Of a DNA stretch of 64,000 bases, positions 10,001 to 18,943 are shown in pieces (position 1 is the first letter of the stretch; the number at the start of each line of letters is the position of its first letter). The position numbers were made by a program, and so were the translations under genes. Under the pieces are notes generated by a model, which was not told the origin of the DNA, searched no databases, and saw only the letters and a program-made list of their open reading frames with translations. This DNA is from a bacterium (lineage in GTDB: Bacteria; Krumholzibacteriota; Krumholzibacteriia; G020349025), in contig JANLSU010000039.1 of the NCBI GenBank assembly GCA_031362565.1, positions 128,001-192,000 on the forward strand, given 5' to 3'.

Positions 10001-13000
10001 GATCCGTGACGCTACCGGGTCCGCCGCGAACAGTTGTGTGCCATCGCGACTCATCGCCATGGCACCGTCCGACGATAGTAGAGTTTGACTCGCCGTCAAG
10101 GTGACGACGGAAGAGTGCAAAGCCGAGTTGGGGTCGGAGACGATCACGGTAAGCGTTCCAATGGGGTCTCTGGCGAACAACCACTTGCCGTCGGGCGACA
10201 TCAACAGGCGTCCGCCACCGGACTGGGTAAACGTCCCGATCGCGATGTCCGGGAGAAAGGCCCCCGAATTCGTCCGATTGACGACGCGATAGGGCGCCGC
10301 GTTCGACTGTCGCGCGGCCACGGTGACCTGAACCGTACCGGTCGTGGCGGCTGCGTCCTGCACCGCGACGAGACGAGTTCCGGTGGTGTTCGTGGAAAGA
10401 GGAACCACTGCAACTCCGCCAATGACGACGGAATTGCTTGCGAGGCTCGGACTGAAGCCAGACCCCGTGATGGTCACATGCGTGCCTGGGCCTCCGGCGC
10501 TTGGGGAGATCGTCTTCACGATCGGACCCGTTTGCGTGTCGTAAACCTCGAGGTGGCTATTGGCGAGCAAGTAGATGTACCGGCCAGAAGCACCCGTCGC
10601 AATGGCTACCGGGTCGCGCCCGGTGGGAAACAGGGTCATCGGCTGCAGATTGTTCTGCTGAATGTCGAGAACCTGAACCTGGTTCTGGATGAAGTCGGCG
10701 CAATATGCGATTTCGCCCTCGGGCGAGATCGCCATGGACTTGAAGCCGCCGCCGAGTGCGATTTCCTTGACGATCGTGGCGTTGTTGTCGCCAATCCGCA
10801 CGACACCGAGTTCGTCCACGGTGAAGAACCGCCCGCCCGCCGGGGGTACCGCGATCTCTCGTGGCGCAGTGCTGCCAAAACCGATGTGTAGAACCGTCTC
10901 GCCCGGCTGCAGCCCGAGAATCAGCATGCGCCCGTCAGTGGCTGCTGCGTAAGCCGTGCGGCCGTCTCCGGCGACCGCAATGCTGCCCTCGAAGGTCACA
11001 TCCGGACTGGTCCACTCCCGAACCTCTTGGCCGGCGTTCACGCCCAACGTCGAAATCTGAACAACGCGATCCGCATCGACCACGAGAGCATCGCCGCCAG
11101 GAAGAGCTGCGACGCCCAGCGGCATGTCGGCGAGACTTGCGGCTGCCGACACCTGATGGGTGCGATTCACGAGATCGGTTTCGAGAAGCCGGAAACGCGG
11201 CTGCACGGGGCCGATCGCAATGACATGACGCCCATCGCCAAGTGCCGCGACCGCTGTCACGCCGCCGGTGATCAGCATCGGCGTCGCTTGCAGGAACAGG
11301 CCGCTCACCGGACTCGCATCGACTGCAGTCACGCCCTGGCTCGTGGCAATGTAGGCCCATGCGCCACCGGCGGACAGGGTCAGCGAGCGGACCGTTCCGA
11401 TCAGCAGGCTTCCCAACGAACTCATGGTGGGTGGCTGCCGGGATGCGACGACCGTGATCGGGAGTGCATTGCTCGTCTGGCCACTCGTCACCGTCACGTT
11501 GCCGGAAACAGCTCCGGTTGGAATCTTCACATAGAGTTTCACCGGCGTTGCGCCGGTTGGAATAGCGGTTACGTTGCCGGCGAAGTGGACCGTATTCGCC
11601 GCAGCGATCGGATTGAAGCCCGTCCCCTGAATGACCAGGATTCCACTGACCGGAATCTCGACGGGCGACACGGAGGTCAAGGTCAGTGCCGGTTGTGCCT
11701 CGGTCGTGAATGTCGCGGACGCGGCACTGGGCATCGCGTTGCCGAAGCGGTCGCGAATTCCTGGACCCATGCTGAACGTGTACGACGTCGAGTATTGGAG
11801 CGCACTGGTTGGCGTGAATGCGATCAAGCTATCACGTTGCAGGAGTCCGGCAGCACCCGCCACGCCTTGAGTGCCGTTCGCGCGAAGCTGCACGGTCGTT
11901 CCAGAGATGCTCGATAGATCGATGCGGTCGTTGAACTTCGCTGCCAGAATCGTCGTGACGGGCACGTTCGTCGCGCCGTTCGCAGGCGTGAACGCGGTGA
12001 CAACCGGCGCCGCAAGGTCGGCATTGATGATGACGTCGGCATTGACGAGCGTCGGCCCTGGGGCCACGACTACGACGCCCGTCCCGGTGTCGGCGTTCGT
12101 TTCCGCCGGGCCGTCCCAGTACTCCGGCACAAAATCCGCTTGCGCGATGCCGGCGAACTCCCGCCCAACGCTCCCGGGCGCGAGCCCGCCAATCTCTGGC
12201 CCGCCGTCGATCGGCTGTACGTAGATCTTGAAGTTCTCGGTTGCGCCCCAGAAGGAATAGCCGCCATCGAGACCTGTGACGGTCATTTGCAGCGTATCGC
12301 CGGTGGCAGTGCCGATTGCGATCACCGCAGCGCCGGGAATCGCTGTCACCCCGTCGCTTCGCTGGATGCGGCCCGAGGCGTTCACGGCCGGACTTCCGTA
12401 GGTACGGGCGACGAGCGCCTTGTCATCGCGCGACAGGGTGCGGAAGCTCGTGTCATGAGGCACGGCGTAATACATCGTGGAGGATTTCACCGATGAGTGT
12501 GCCAGGCCAAGGAGGTGTCCGGCCTCGTGCGTCGCCACGCTCTGCAGGTCGAACATGTTCGAGGCCGGCTGTCCGAGTCCGTGATAGCTCGGCGTCGTAA
12601 ATGTATAGGTTGCTGAATTGAACAGAATATCCGCATCGACGATCTCGCCGGGGCGGTACCAGGTACCATCGATGACGGTGTCACCGCCGGCGATGCTCGT
12701 GACGACTGCGATTGCCAAGAACCCCGGTTTGTAGCCGTTGGGGTCGAGAAACGTCATGGTGTTGCGGCCGTCGCCGGCGACGGCGATTGCCGGCGTGTCG
12801 GCCGGCGTGTCACGAATGGCAGTGAAGCCCGCAGCCGTGTTCCACGTCGAAACTGCGCTTGTCAGGGCCTGTATGTCACTGCCGTCAGTGATTGCCGCGT
12901 CGGCTGTCGGGTGAATTTCGAAGTGGAATGGGAGGCGATCGGCGCTCCAGAAACGCATGTTGCGGAACGAGGCGGCCGGGTCCGCGCAACCATCCAAATC

Positions 13001-14851
13001 GCGGTCGGTCTTGCCGAGCGGCGGTGGCCCGCCTGCCGGACAGGCATCGGCGGCATCGAGCGCGACGTCACCATCGGTGTCGACACGGAATGGCAGAGAC
13101 GTTGCGACGTACGCGTTGTTCTCGCCCGATCGCGACGAAACGAAGGCGAGCCCGTTCCCATCTCTGGTCCACACCGGGTTGAAGTCACTGCCGGGGTCCG
13201 CCGTGATGCGGTACTCGCCGTACTGGGTCTCGCGCGAGCCGCGGACATAGATATCGGCATTGCCGCTGCGGGTGTCGGAGTAAGCGATCCAGCGGCCGTC
13301 CGGTGACCAGGATTGCCCCCACTGCGGATTGGTCAGAGTTGCAACCGTGCGCACGCCGGCGGCCTCGCGCAACGCCGCCGAAACGACGAGGACTTGATTG
13401 GCACGCCGGAATGCGATGCGCTTGCCGTCCGGGGACCATGCGGGTTCGCCAGCGCCCAGCCCTGAGAGTGTGAGCTGCGCCAAATTCTGGCCGGAAAGAT
13501 CGACAGTGAAGATCGCGTTCGTATCCGTGTCATCCAGGAGTTCAAATGCAATGCGGTCCGCAAGTGGCGACCAGGCGGGTGTGGCGCCAGCGAATGCGGG
13601 GCCAACACTGACGCCGGTTGCGCGCAGGACCGGCTCGATTTGGGAATCGCCGGTCTTGCCGTCGATACCCAGCCGGTCGGCTCCAGGCGACCACGTCGGG
13701 GATTTGATGAAGGTCCCCTGCACCACTCGGTGCGTCACGCCGGTATCAAAGGAGTTTGTAGACGTCACATAGAGGCCACCGGTGCGGCTGAACGCCAGTG
13801 AATCGAACGGCGCGAGCGGGCCCGTGGTCGCGATTCGAATATCGGTCGGGTGGCTCGTGACCCGGCGGAGCGTGACAGCTTCGTCGTACAGAACCACGGC
13901 CCGGTCGAGCGTCGCGGAACCTGCATCCGTGCTGAGCTGCAAGTCCCATGGGCCAGTCGGCAAGGCATCGACGGGGAAGACAGCCGTCACGCGGCCCGGC
14001 GACACCGGCGTCACGAGTGTCGCATAGACGGTCGGTTGCGCGACGTGCGTCAACCGGGCGATGAGAGTCATCGGATTCAGATTCGAGTTGGCGCCGACGA
14101 TATCCAGGGTCAAAGTACCGCTGTTGCGCGCCGCGGGGTTGGTGACATAAGCGACCGTTGGAACGTTGATGCCACACTTGACGAATGCGGACGCGTTCGC
14201 ACCCGCGTCGGACCTCTGCATCGTGACCCGAACTCCATCACAGCGCGTGAAATTGGCGAAGGGCGTCAGCGGATCGGCCGGAGTGCTGTGCCCACGGACC
14301 GCAATGTCGACCACGGGAGGGGGAAATGGGAGGCCTGGAAGCTGCGTCGCATCGATCACGAGCCTGCCAAGAACAATGCGTTGTCCGGGTGTCGAACTTG
14401 GAGGACAGGTCAAGGCCACTTGGGCGCCGCCACCGGAGCCAAAGTCCAGTGGGTCACCGGACGACGAGATGAGTGCGCTCGAGGGAACCCAGGTCACCCA
14501 GAAGTCGTCATCCTGCACCGGATTCGAGGTCTCGACGAGGCGGAACTCCGCGCCGACGATGCCGCAGGCCGACGCTCCTGCCAGAGTTGCGACGACCCAC
14601 CACGTCGACGTCACGCCACCAGTGACCGGTGGGCACGGGGTTGTCGCTGCGGAGTCGCCGTAGACACCAACCCAACCTCCGACCCCAGAGTTCGGGCCTC
14701 CGCAAGGCGGCGGCATCGAGGTCACCGGCGAATTCACGGGGCGATCGGTGAGTCCCTGCGCGTCATTGTGCCCGCCGACGCTGAGCACGACGACAAGGAA
14801 TGCCATCCAGTGGAGAAGAGATCGACGCGGAGAGGAAAGCAGGTGACGCAT
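7085..14851 (-). CDS. Giant secreted multidomain protein (2588 aa): TolB-like propeller, matrixin-type zinc metalloprotease, Ig-like/IPT domains, YVTN-type propellers, FlgD/T9SS-like CTD
   Basis: Signal peptide; PxWSPDG repeats; DTDGD/DRDLDG calcium-type loops; HEAGHLLGLAH at 12497-12529 followed by Met-turn STMY; PANGATNVP Ig-like and IPT/TIG repeats; PDG...YVTN blades; C-terminal PMPNP...WDG...ATGVYF...KIVLLR. Confidence 0.9.
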   Translation of the reverse strand: MRHLLSSPRRSLLHWMAFLVVVLSVGGHNDAQGLTDRPVNSPVTSMPPPCGGPNSGVGGWVGVYGDSAATTPCPPVTGGVTSTWWVVATLAGASACGIVGAEFRLVETSNPVQDDDFWVTWVPSSALISSSGDPLDFGSGGGAQVALTCPPSSTPGQRIVLGRLVIDATQLPGLPFPPPVVDIAVRGHSTPADPLTPFANFTRCDGVRVTMQRSDAGANASAFVKCGINVPTVAYVTNPAARNSGTLTLDIVGANSNLNPMTLIARLTHVAQPTVYATLVTPVSPGRVTAVFPVDALPTGPWDLQLSTDAGSATLDRAVVLYDEAVTLRRVTSHPTDIRIATTGPLAPFDSLAFSRTGGLYVTSTNSFDTGVTHRVVQGTFIKSPTWSPGADRLGIDGKTGDSQIEPVLRATGVSVGPAFAGATPAWSPLADRIAFELLDDTDTNAIFTVDLSGQNLAQLTLSGLGAGEPAWSPDGKRIAFRRANQVLVVSAALREAAGVRTVATLTNPQWGQSWSPDGRWIAYSDTRSGNADIYVRGSRETQYGEYRITADPGSDFNPVWTRDGNGLAFVSSRSGENNAYVATSLPFRVDTDGDVALDAADACPAGGPPPLGKTDRDLDGCADPAASFRNMRFWSADRLPFHFEIHPTADAAITDGSDIQALTSAVSTWNTAAGFTAIRDTPADTPAIAVAGDGRNTMTFLDPNGYKPGFLAIAVVTSIAGGDTVIDGTWYRPGEIVDADILFNSATYTFTTPSYHGLGQPASNMFDLQSVATHEAGHLLGLAHSSVKSSTMYYAVPHDTSFRTLSRDDKALVARTYGSPAVNASGRIQRSDGVTAIPGAAVIAIGTATGDTLQMTVTGLDGGYSFWGATENFKIYVQPIDGGPEIGGLAPGSVGREFAGIAQADFVPEYWDGPAETNADTGTGVVVVAPGPTLVNADVIINADLAAPVVTAFTPANGATNVPVTTILAAKFNDRIDLSSISGTTVQLRANGTQGVAGAAGLLQRDSLIAFTPTSALQYSTSYTFSMGPGIRDRFGNAMPSAASATFTTEAQPALTLTSVSPVEIPVSGILVIQGTGFNPIAAANTVHFAGNVTAIPTGATPVKLYVKIPTGAVSGNVTVTSGQTSNALPITVVASRQPPTMSSLGSLLIGTVRSLTLSAGGAWAYIATSQGVTAVDASPVSGLFLQATPMLITGGVTAVAALGDGRHVIAIGPVQPRFRLLETDLVNRTHQVSAAASLADMPLGVAALPGGDALVVDADRVVQISTLGVNAGQEVREWTSPDVTFEGSIAVAGDGRTAYAAATDGRMLILGLQPGETVLHIGFGSTAPREIAVPPAGGRFFTVDELGVVRIGDNNATIVKEIALGGGFKSMAISPEGEIAYCADFIQNQVQVLDIQQNNLQPMTLFPTGRDPVAIATGASGRYIYLLANSHLEVYDTQTGPIVKTISPSAGGPGTHVTITGSGFSPSLASNSVVIGGVAVVPLSTNTTGTRLVAVQDAAATTGTVQVTVAARQSNAAPYRVVNRTNSGAFLPDIAIGTFTQSGGGRLLMSPDGKWLFARDPIGTLTVIVSDPNSALHSSVVTLTASQTLLSSDGAMAMSRDGTQLFAADPVASRIRVYSFDPALPFLFHYTRNIIASGVDETFIQPSGLVLSPNGKYLFVRVATSPPQIWLVDTTTDTGAFTLPGLTRVGGFAMHPDGATLYISDNLGGGTVGVRAVNADPTRPAFGATTAFITTSPQTSSTTGPIVADPDGSRIIVNVDVFGSTTHTLNVIDTNPASPTFNVVLQGLPVSSSTTSTPVMAMNGSGTVVYMATANTLWAAVNSTGSFLGLAASRAISTSPLNLVVSADDARLYYNALKMAYLTAPAGVAIASSPSLVALRNTLVSDAFAVRVSGGTPGNPVDGTLVKFNGSFRQLLPWGVLGPPGVGFGVADANGFVRAPQYLVSATTTVSALVGAAGVNFSVTAILDTIGAPQLIAVHPGTADSPGIQTAVVVDFSKSVRPSTVNVGSLTLRTAGTTVPALYSLVNNNRRAVVRPLAPLALATVYTVDVQGGILDHSGAAVSNPGTRTFTTSATVSPLRLLAIEPPAAPVGSPIVISGTGFPSDYTQARVRFGTTTITPVSGDGFALRAYVPSEATTSPVRVVAGTDSTAARSFVVLPAGGTPVNDVIGTITAPSSGHHIAIVPDGTRAYMTCPGSGTVVPMRILDQVAEAAIPVGVYPFGVAASPDGRWVYVTNFRSNEVTVIDATPTSVDFQRVVNRFAVGANPTGIAVNPNGRRVYVANYMDGTVSIVDTDSASANYLRPIAIVNVGSRTQTVAITPDGARLLVGTSTGILVMDADNPNDPATAPIRTGGSSQIIVVTPDGGYAVVLASDGQLYLIDLSNSSVATAPIRTGGSSQIIVVSPDGGEVYVTNSDGTVQVFSIVSILANGGGASWRPRTLIGFTPLSSIAVGENPIGMAFDRRSGKLFVVNAGSRSVSMIDVATTQALDQTLPLRLALGRPMPNPSRGVTSFGLDLPSAQEVNLRIFSVDGRLIREMAVRRLLAGRHILTWDGRTTSGSRAATGVYFAVVRAGDWSEHLKIVLLR

Positions 14852-14854
14852 CGC

Positions 14855-15448
14855 TTACCTCCCGCCCTTGGCTTCGACATCGCGCACCAAGGCGCGCAGA
14901 TCATCGAGCACGCCGCTCAACGCCGTCGTCTTGTCCGCCGCCGACTTTGCGGCGGCGGCGCCTGGCCGCAATGCCGTCCGCAGCTCGGCCGCCAGGTCGC
15001 CGCTCACGACGCGTTCGCCAGTGCGTCCATCGACAACGACTTCGAACCGGCCGCGTGACCAACCTTCGACAGACTTCGTGCCCTTGGAATCGTCGACGAC
15101 GAAGAGGATGGTTTCCTCACCATCTCGAAACGGCGCGACGCCGGGAACGTCGACGACGAGCTTGCCGATCCTCCCGCCGGGCATGGTCAGCAGGACTTCG
15201 GAATCGTCCGCACCCTTCAAAACATCGAGGGTCCGAACCCGAGTCTGAGTGATGATGAGTGTGTGATCGTCGTTCCAACGGCTTCGCGAACTCACTACGG
15301 TTCCGTGGATGACCTGCGTGGCGGCGGCGGCCACTTGCCGGAGATCGCGCGGTTCGAGCGAAGTGGCATGGCAGAACGTGGCGTGAAGCACGCCCACCGC
15401 GGCCGCAAAGCACCCGGCAGTGGTTCGATACGGCAAAGGGCGCAACAT
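14855..15448 (-). CDS. Small secreted OB/NTR-like protein (197 aa), co-transcribed with the giant metalloprotease
   Basis: GGGAGA upstream of ATG 15448, signal peptide, pattern VIHGTV...TRVRTLDVLKG...MPGGRIG...FRDGEETILFV. Its stop is 3 bp from the next start. Confidence 0.75.
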   Translation of the reverse strand: MLRPLPYRTTAGCFAAAVGVLHATFCHATSLEPRDLRQVAAAATQVIHGTVVSSRSRWNDDHTLIITQTRVRTLDVLKGADDSEVLLTMPGGRIGKLVVDVPGVAPFRDGEETILFVVDDSKGTKSVEGWSRGRFEVVVDGRTGERVVSGDLAAELRTALRPGAAAAKSAADKTTALSGVLDDLRALVRDVEAKGGR

Positions 15449-15923
15449 GCGGTCTCCCGTCGACAGGATCCGTTCCTTCACTCCCGGCCTTCCATTGTCG
15501 GGTGTCAAATCAGGGCCAAGCTCCGTGGCCTCACTGATCTCAAATGCCGGCACCGGCAAAATCGCACGATTCGCATGTCGCAGGAGTGTACTCCCCACAC
15601 TTGGGTTCGGCCAGGTGCCTCGCAGCCCAATTCACCGTGTCGATCGCACCGCGATGCCTCGCCTGGGTGCGCGGCCGCGGTGACCTGAATGGCGCCGGCA
15701 CCGTGTCACGCCGCGACCTCTAAATCATCGTCCCGGAGGTGACACCCTGGATCGCCGACATCAGGCCCACCGGACGCTGCCCTTCGCCTCGACCCCGGCG
15801 GTTCGCGGCATCCCCGCCGCCCGCTTTCCCCGCCGCACTGCTTTGCCCTGAGCGGGCGCTCCCCTGGGGGGGCGGGACCGGCCAGAGCTGGCCCCGGGTC
15901 AAGCTTCGGGTCGCCCAAGAAAT

Positions 15924-15972
15924 ACTTTGTTCGGCCATCGAACATTGTGTAGACTGAGGCTACACCTGTCAG
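15924..15972 (-). promoter_or_regulatory. Palindromic operator copy 1 with overlapping sigma70-like promoter
   Basis: ACTTTGTTCG-GCCAT-CGAACATTGT at 15924-15948. On the minus strand, CTGACA (15972-15967), N17, CACAAT (15949-15944). Confidence 0.75.
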
Positions 15973-16072
15973 GAAGCCCTGCGACCGCCGGGATCTCGGC
16001 AGGTGCCCCCGGGGCCACACCGGCGCCACTGCGTGAACCGACGGGCCCCCACCTTCTGAAGGAGGAGCAAGA

Positions 16073-16744
16073 ATGTTGCTCGAGACTCTGCATCGACGCG
16101 CGGCAGTTGTCGGCGCGTACCTCCTGATGACCGGCACGACGCTGGCCATCTCGAACTCGGTCGCAAGCGCCAATTTGCTCGGCAATCCGGGTTTTGAAGT
16201 ACCGGCGATCCCTGCCGGGCCGCCGGAATACTTTGGAGCCGGCTCCGCATGGACGAGCTTTGGCGGCGGAATCTTTACCGTCGGCGCCGCGGTCGCACCG
16301 CCTCACACCGGCGCCCAATCGCTGAAGCTCTTCGGCGGCTGTTGCAGCGGCGCCTTTCAGCAATACCCGACACTGCCGGGCGAAACGTGGAACGGCGGCG
16401 TGTGGATGATGAACTTCCACGGTGATCCAATGGGCGGCGGTCAGGTTGCTGCCGTGAACATCGAGTGGATCAAGGCCGATGGGACTACAAATTCGAGCAT
16501 CATTCCGTTCATTAGCAACGGCACCTTCACGGCCGCTTCCCCGCGTGATGTCTGGACCCTGCAGCCCATCAGTGGAGTTGCACCCGCCGATGCGGCGTTT
16601 GCCCGCCTCGTGGTCATCACCGGCGATTTTCTGCCGGGCGGTCCCGGCGGCGCGCCGTTCTACGACGACGCCTTTCTCGACCGTGATTCGGCGGTGCCCA
16701 CCCAGGCTGCAAACTGGGGGCTGATCAAGACACTCTACCGATAA
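16073..16744 (+). CDS. Secreted single CBM-like domain protein with short WGxIKxLYR tail (223 aa)
   Basis: GGAGGAG RBS, signal peptide, domain starting NLLGNPGFE and ending GGAPFYDD, homologous by eye to both domains of 22479-23903. Ends VPTQAANWGLIKTLYR. Confidence 0.85.
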   Translation: MLLETLHRRAAVVGAYLLMTGTTLAISNSVASANLLGNPGFEVPAIPAGPPEYFGAGSAWTSFGGGIFTVGAAVAPPHTGAQSLKLFGGCCSGAFQQYPTLPGETWNGGVWMMNFHGDPMGGGQVAAVNIEWIKADGTTNSSIIPFISNGTFTAASPRDVWTLQPISGVAPADAAFARLVVITGDFLPGGPGGAPFYDDAFLDRDSAVPTQAANWGLIKTLYR

Positions 16745-16757
16745 GGCACTGCTCGCG

Positions 16758-16795
16758 ACCCGGCCCCGCAGAAATGCGGGGCCGGGTTTGTTTTT
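16758..16795 (+). terminator. Rho-independent terminator
   Basis: Perfect 13-bp stem ACCCGGCCCCGCA, GAAA loop, TGCGGGGCCGGGT, followed by TTGTTTTT, starting 14 bp after the stop. Confidence 0.9.
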
Positions 16796-16885
16796 GGGGC
16801 GATTGCCGCCGGTCGGCGTGGACTCGGGGAGCGACGCCTGAAGGTGCATCCTTGACGTATACTGGTCGCAGACTTGGAGGTTGTC

Positions 16886-18922
16886 GTGCGCCGCTTCTTC
16901 TGCGCGGTAATCCTGGCTTCGTGTTGCAGTGCATCTGCGGCGTGGGGACAGTCGTACCAGATGGTCTGGCAAGACGAATTCAACGGCACACAGCTCGATC
17001 TCACCAAGTGGGAATCGCAGGTCGGCGATGGCTGTCCGGCGCTTTGCGGCTGGGGCAACAACGAACTCGAGTACTACCGCACCCAGAATGCCGCCGTCGC
17101 GAGCGGCCTTCTGACGATCACTGCGAAGCGAGAGAATTTCGGCGGCCGCAGCTACACTTCAGCGCGGCTGCGCACCAAGAATCGCGGCGATTGGAAGTAC
17201 GGCCGCATCGAGATGCGGGCCAAGATGCCGATCGGTCGAGGGCTGTGGCCGGCGTTCTGGATGCTGCCGACCGATGAAGTGTACGGGACGTGGGCCGCCA
17301 GCGGCGAAATCGACATCTTGGAGTATCTGGGGCACCAGCCCAACCAAGTCTTTGGGACACTCCACTACGGCGGGACCTATCCCAATAACCAGTTCACGTC
17401 AAATCTGTTCACGTTGGGCTCCGGGAACTTCAACAGCGGCTTTCACGACTTCGCGCTCGAGTGGGAGCCCTGCGAGCAGCGCTGGTACGTCGACGGAGTT
17501 CTTTATGCGACACAGAAGAACTGGAACTCGACTGGCGGACCCTATCCGGCGCCTTTCGACCAACGTTTTCATTTGTTGCTGAACCTCGCGGTCGGTGGCA
17601 ACCTGCCCGGCCCGCCGGATGCAAGCACGGTGTTTCCGCAAACCCTGGTGGTCGACTACGTGCGCGTCTACCAGCTGCCGGACATCAGCGCCTGTATCGG
17701 CGTATTCGATGGCATGGATCACGCGAACCCGTTCGCCAACGGCTGGTTCACGTTCACCGGCGGCGTGGGCGGCGGTGGGATCGGAGCGAATCTCGTCGAC
17801 TTGCCGCCGGTCGACGGGTGCCGGGCGTCACTCGAAGGCGGCTGGGGCTCGGGCGGACAGCCTGGCTTCATGGGCGGCTTCGGTCGCCGTCACCCCATGG
17901 ATCTCGCCGGCATGACTCACTTTTCTTGTTGGATCCATCCCGACGCGGGTCAACAATACACTCTCGAGATCAATCTTCAGGATGACGACAATGGCGATGA
18001 CATCATTCCCAGCTCGCCGACTGCGGCCGACGACGAATTCCAGTTCAACTGCTTGGTGGGCCCCGCTGGACCCACCGCGGTCAGCGGCGGCGGCTGGCAG
18101 CGCCTTTCCATTCCGCTCGCCAGCTTCACCGACGACAACTCGTTTTATTTCGGCGGCAACGGGATTTTGGACCCGATACCGGTGACAGCTGGCGGCAATG
18201 GCCGCTTGATTAACGTTGTGATGAGCGTCATCAGCACGAGCGGCAGTAACGTCACGTTCCGAACCGACCGCTGGGCATTCACGCGGCAAACCGCCACTGT
18301 CACCGGGCAGATCTGGAACGACGCCAACGGCGACGGCGTCCTGGGTGGCACGGAATCGGGGCTCAACGGGGTTCGCGCCAATCTCTTCGATACGGCACTC
18401 GGCTCGGTTGTCGCGACGAGTACGACCGGCAGCAGCGGCAACTACAGTTTCAGCGCCCTGCTCGGTGGCCATTACGAGGTGCGGCTCGACCCGAGCACCC
18501 TGCCGACGGGTTTCGTGCCAACCGCCGATCCCGACGGCATTGCGACGCCCAATGTGTTCGCTTTGGATCTTGGCTGCGACCAAACCGCGCCGAGCCGGAA
18601 TTTCGGCTACTTTCCGACGAATTCCGACGTCCCCGCGTTCAGAAGCATCGACGTCTTACGGCAGAACGTTCCCAACCCGTTCAATCCCAGCACCTGGATC
18701 GAGTTCGAGTTGGGCGAGGACACCTTCGCGGAGATCGCCGTCTGTGACGTGGCGGGCCGCACGGTGAGGATTCTAACGCGGGCCGCAACGCCGGCAGGGC
18801 CGCATCGGGTCGCATGGGACGGTCGCGACGCGGCCGGAGCCCCAGTTGTGAGCGGCGTATATTACTACCGGCTTCACACCGCGCACGGCAGCTGGACGAA
18901 ACGCATGGTCCTGCTCCGGTGA
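16886..18922 (+). CDS. Secreted GH16 laminarinase-type enzyme with CBM-like, SdrD-B-like and FlgD/T9SS-like domains (678 aa)
   Basis: GGAGG at 16876-16880, GTG start, signal peptide; WQDEF, YTSARL, WPAFWML, GEIDILE, VDYVRVY; TGQIWNDANGDG; QNVPNPFNP...WDG...SGVYY...KRMVLLR. Confidence 0.92.
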   Translation: MRRFFCAVILASCCSASAAWGQSYQMVWQDEFNGTQLDLTKWESQVGDGCPALCGWGNNELEYYRTQNAAVASGLLTITAKRENFGGRSYTSARLRTKNRGDWKYGRIEMRAKMPIGRGLWPAFWMLPTDEVYGTWAASGEIDILEYLGHQPNQVFGTLHYGGTYPNNQFTSNLFTLGSGNFNSGFHDFALEWEPCEQRWYVDGVLYATQKNWNSTGGPYPAPFDQRFHLLLNLAVGGNLPGPPDASTVFPQTLVVDYVRVYQLPDISACIGVFDGMDHANPFANGWFTFTGGVGGGGIGANLVDLPPVDGCRASLEGGWGSGGQPGFMGGFGRRHPMDLAGMTHFSCWIHPDAGQQYTLEINLQDDDNGDDIIPSSPTAADDEFQFNCLVGPAGPTAVSGGGWQRLSIPLASFTDDNSFYFGGNGILDPIPVTAGGNGRLINVVMSVISTSGSNVTFRTDRWAFTRQTATVTGQIWNDANGDGVLGGTESGLNGVRANLFDTALGSVVATSTTGSSGNYSFSALLGGHYEVRLDPSTLPTGFVPTADPDGIATPNVFALDLGCDQTAPSRNFGYFPTNSDVPAFRSIDVLRQNVPNPFNPSTWIEFELGEDTFAEIAVCDVAGRTVRILTRAATPAGPHRVAWDGRDAAGAPVVSGVYYYRLHTAHGSWTKRMVLLR

Positions 18923-18943
18923 CCCGGGGGCGTGACACCGGGC

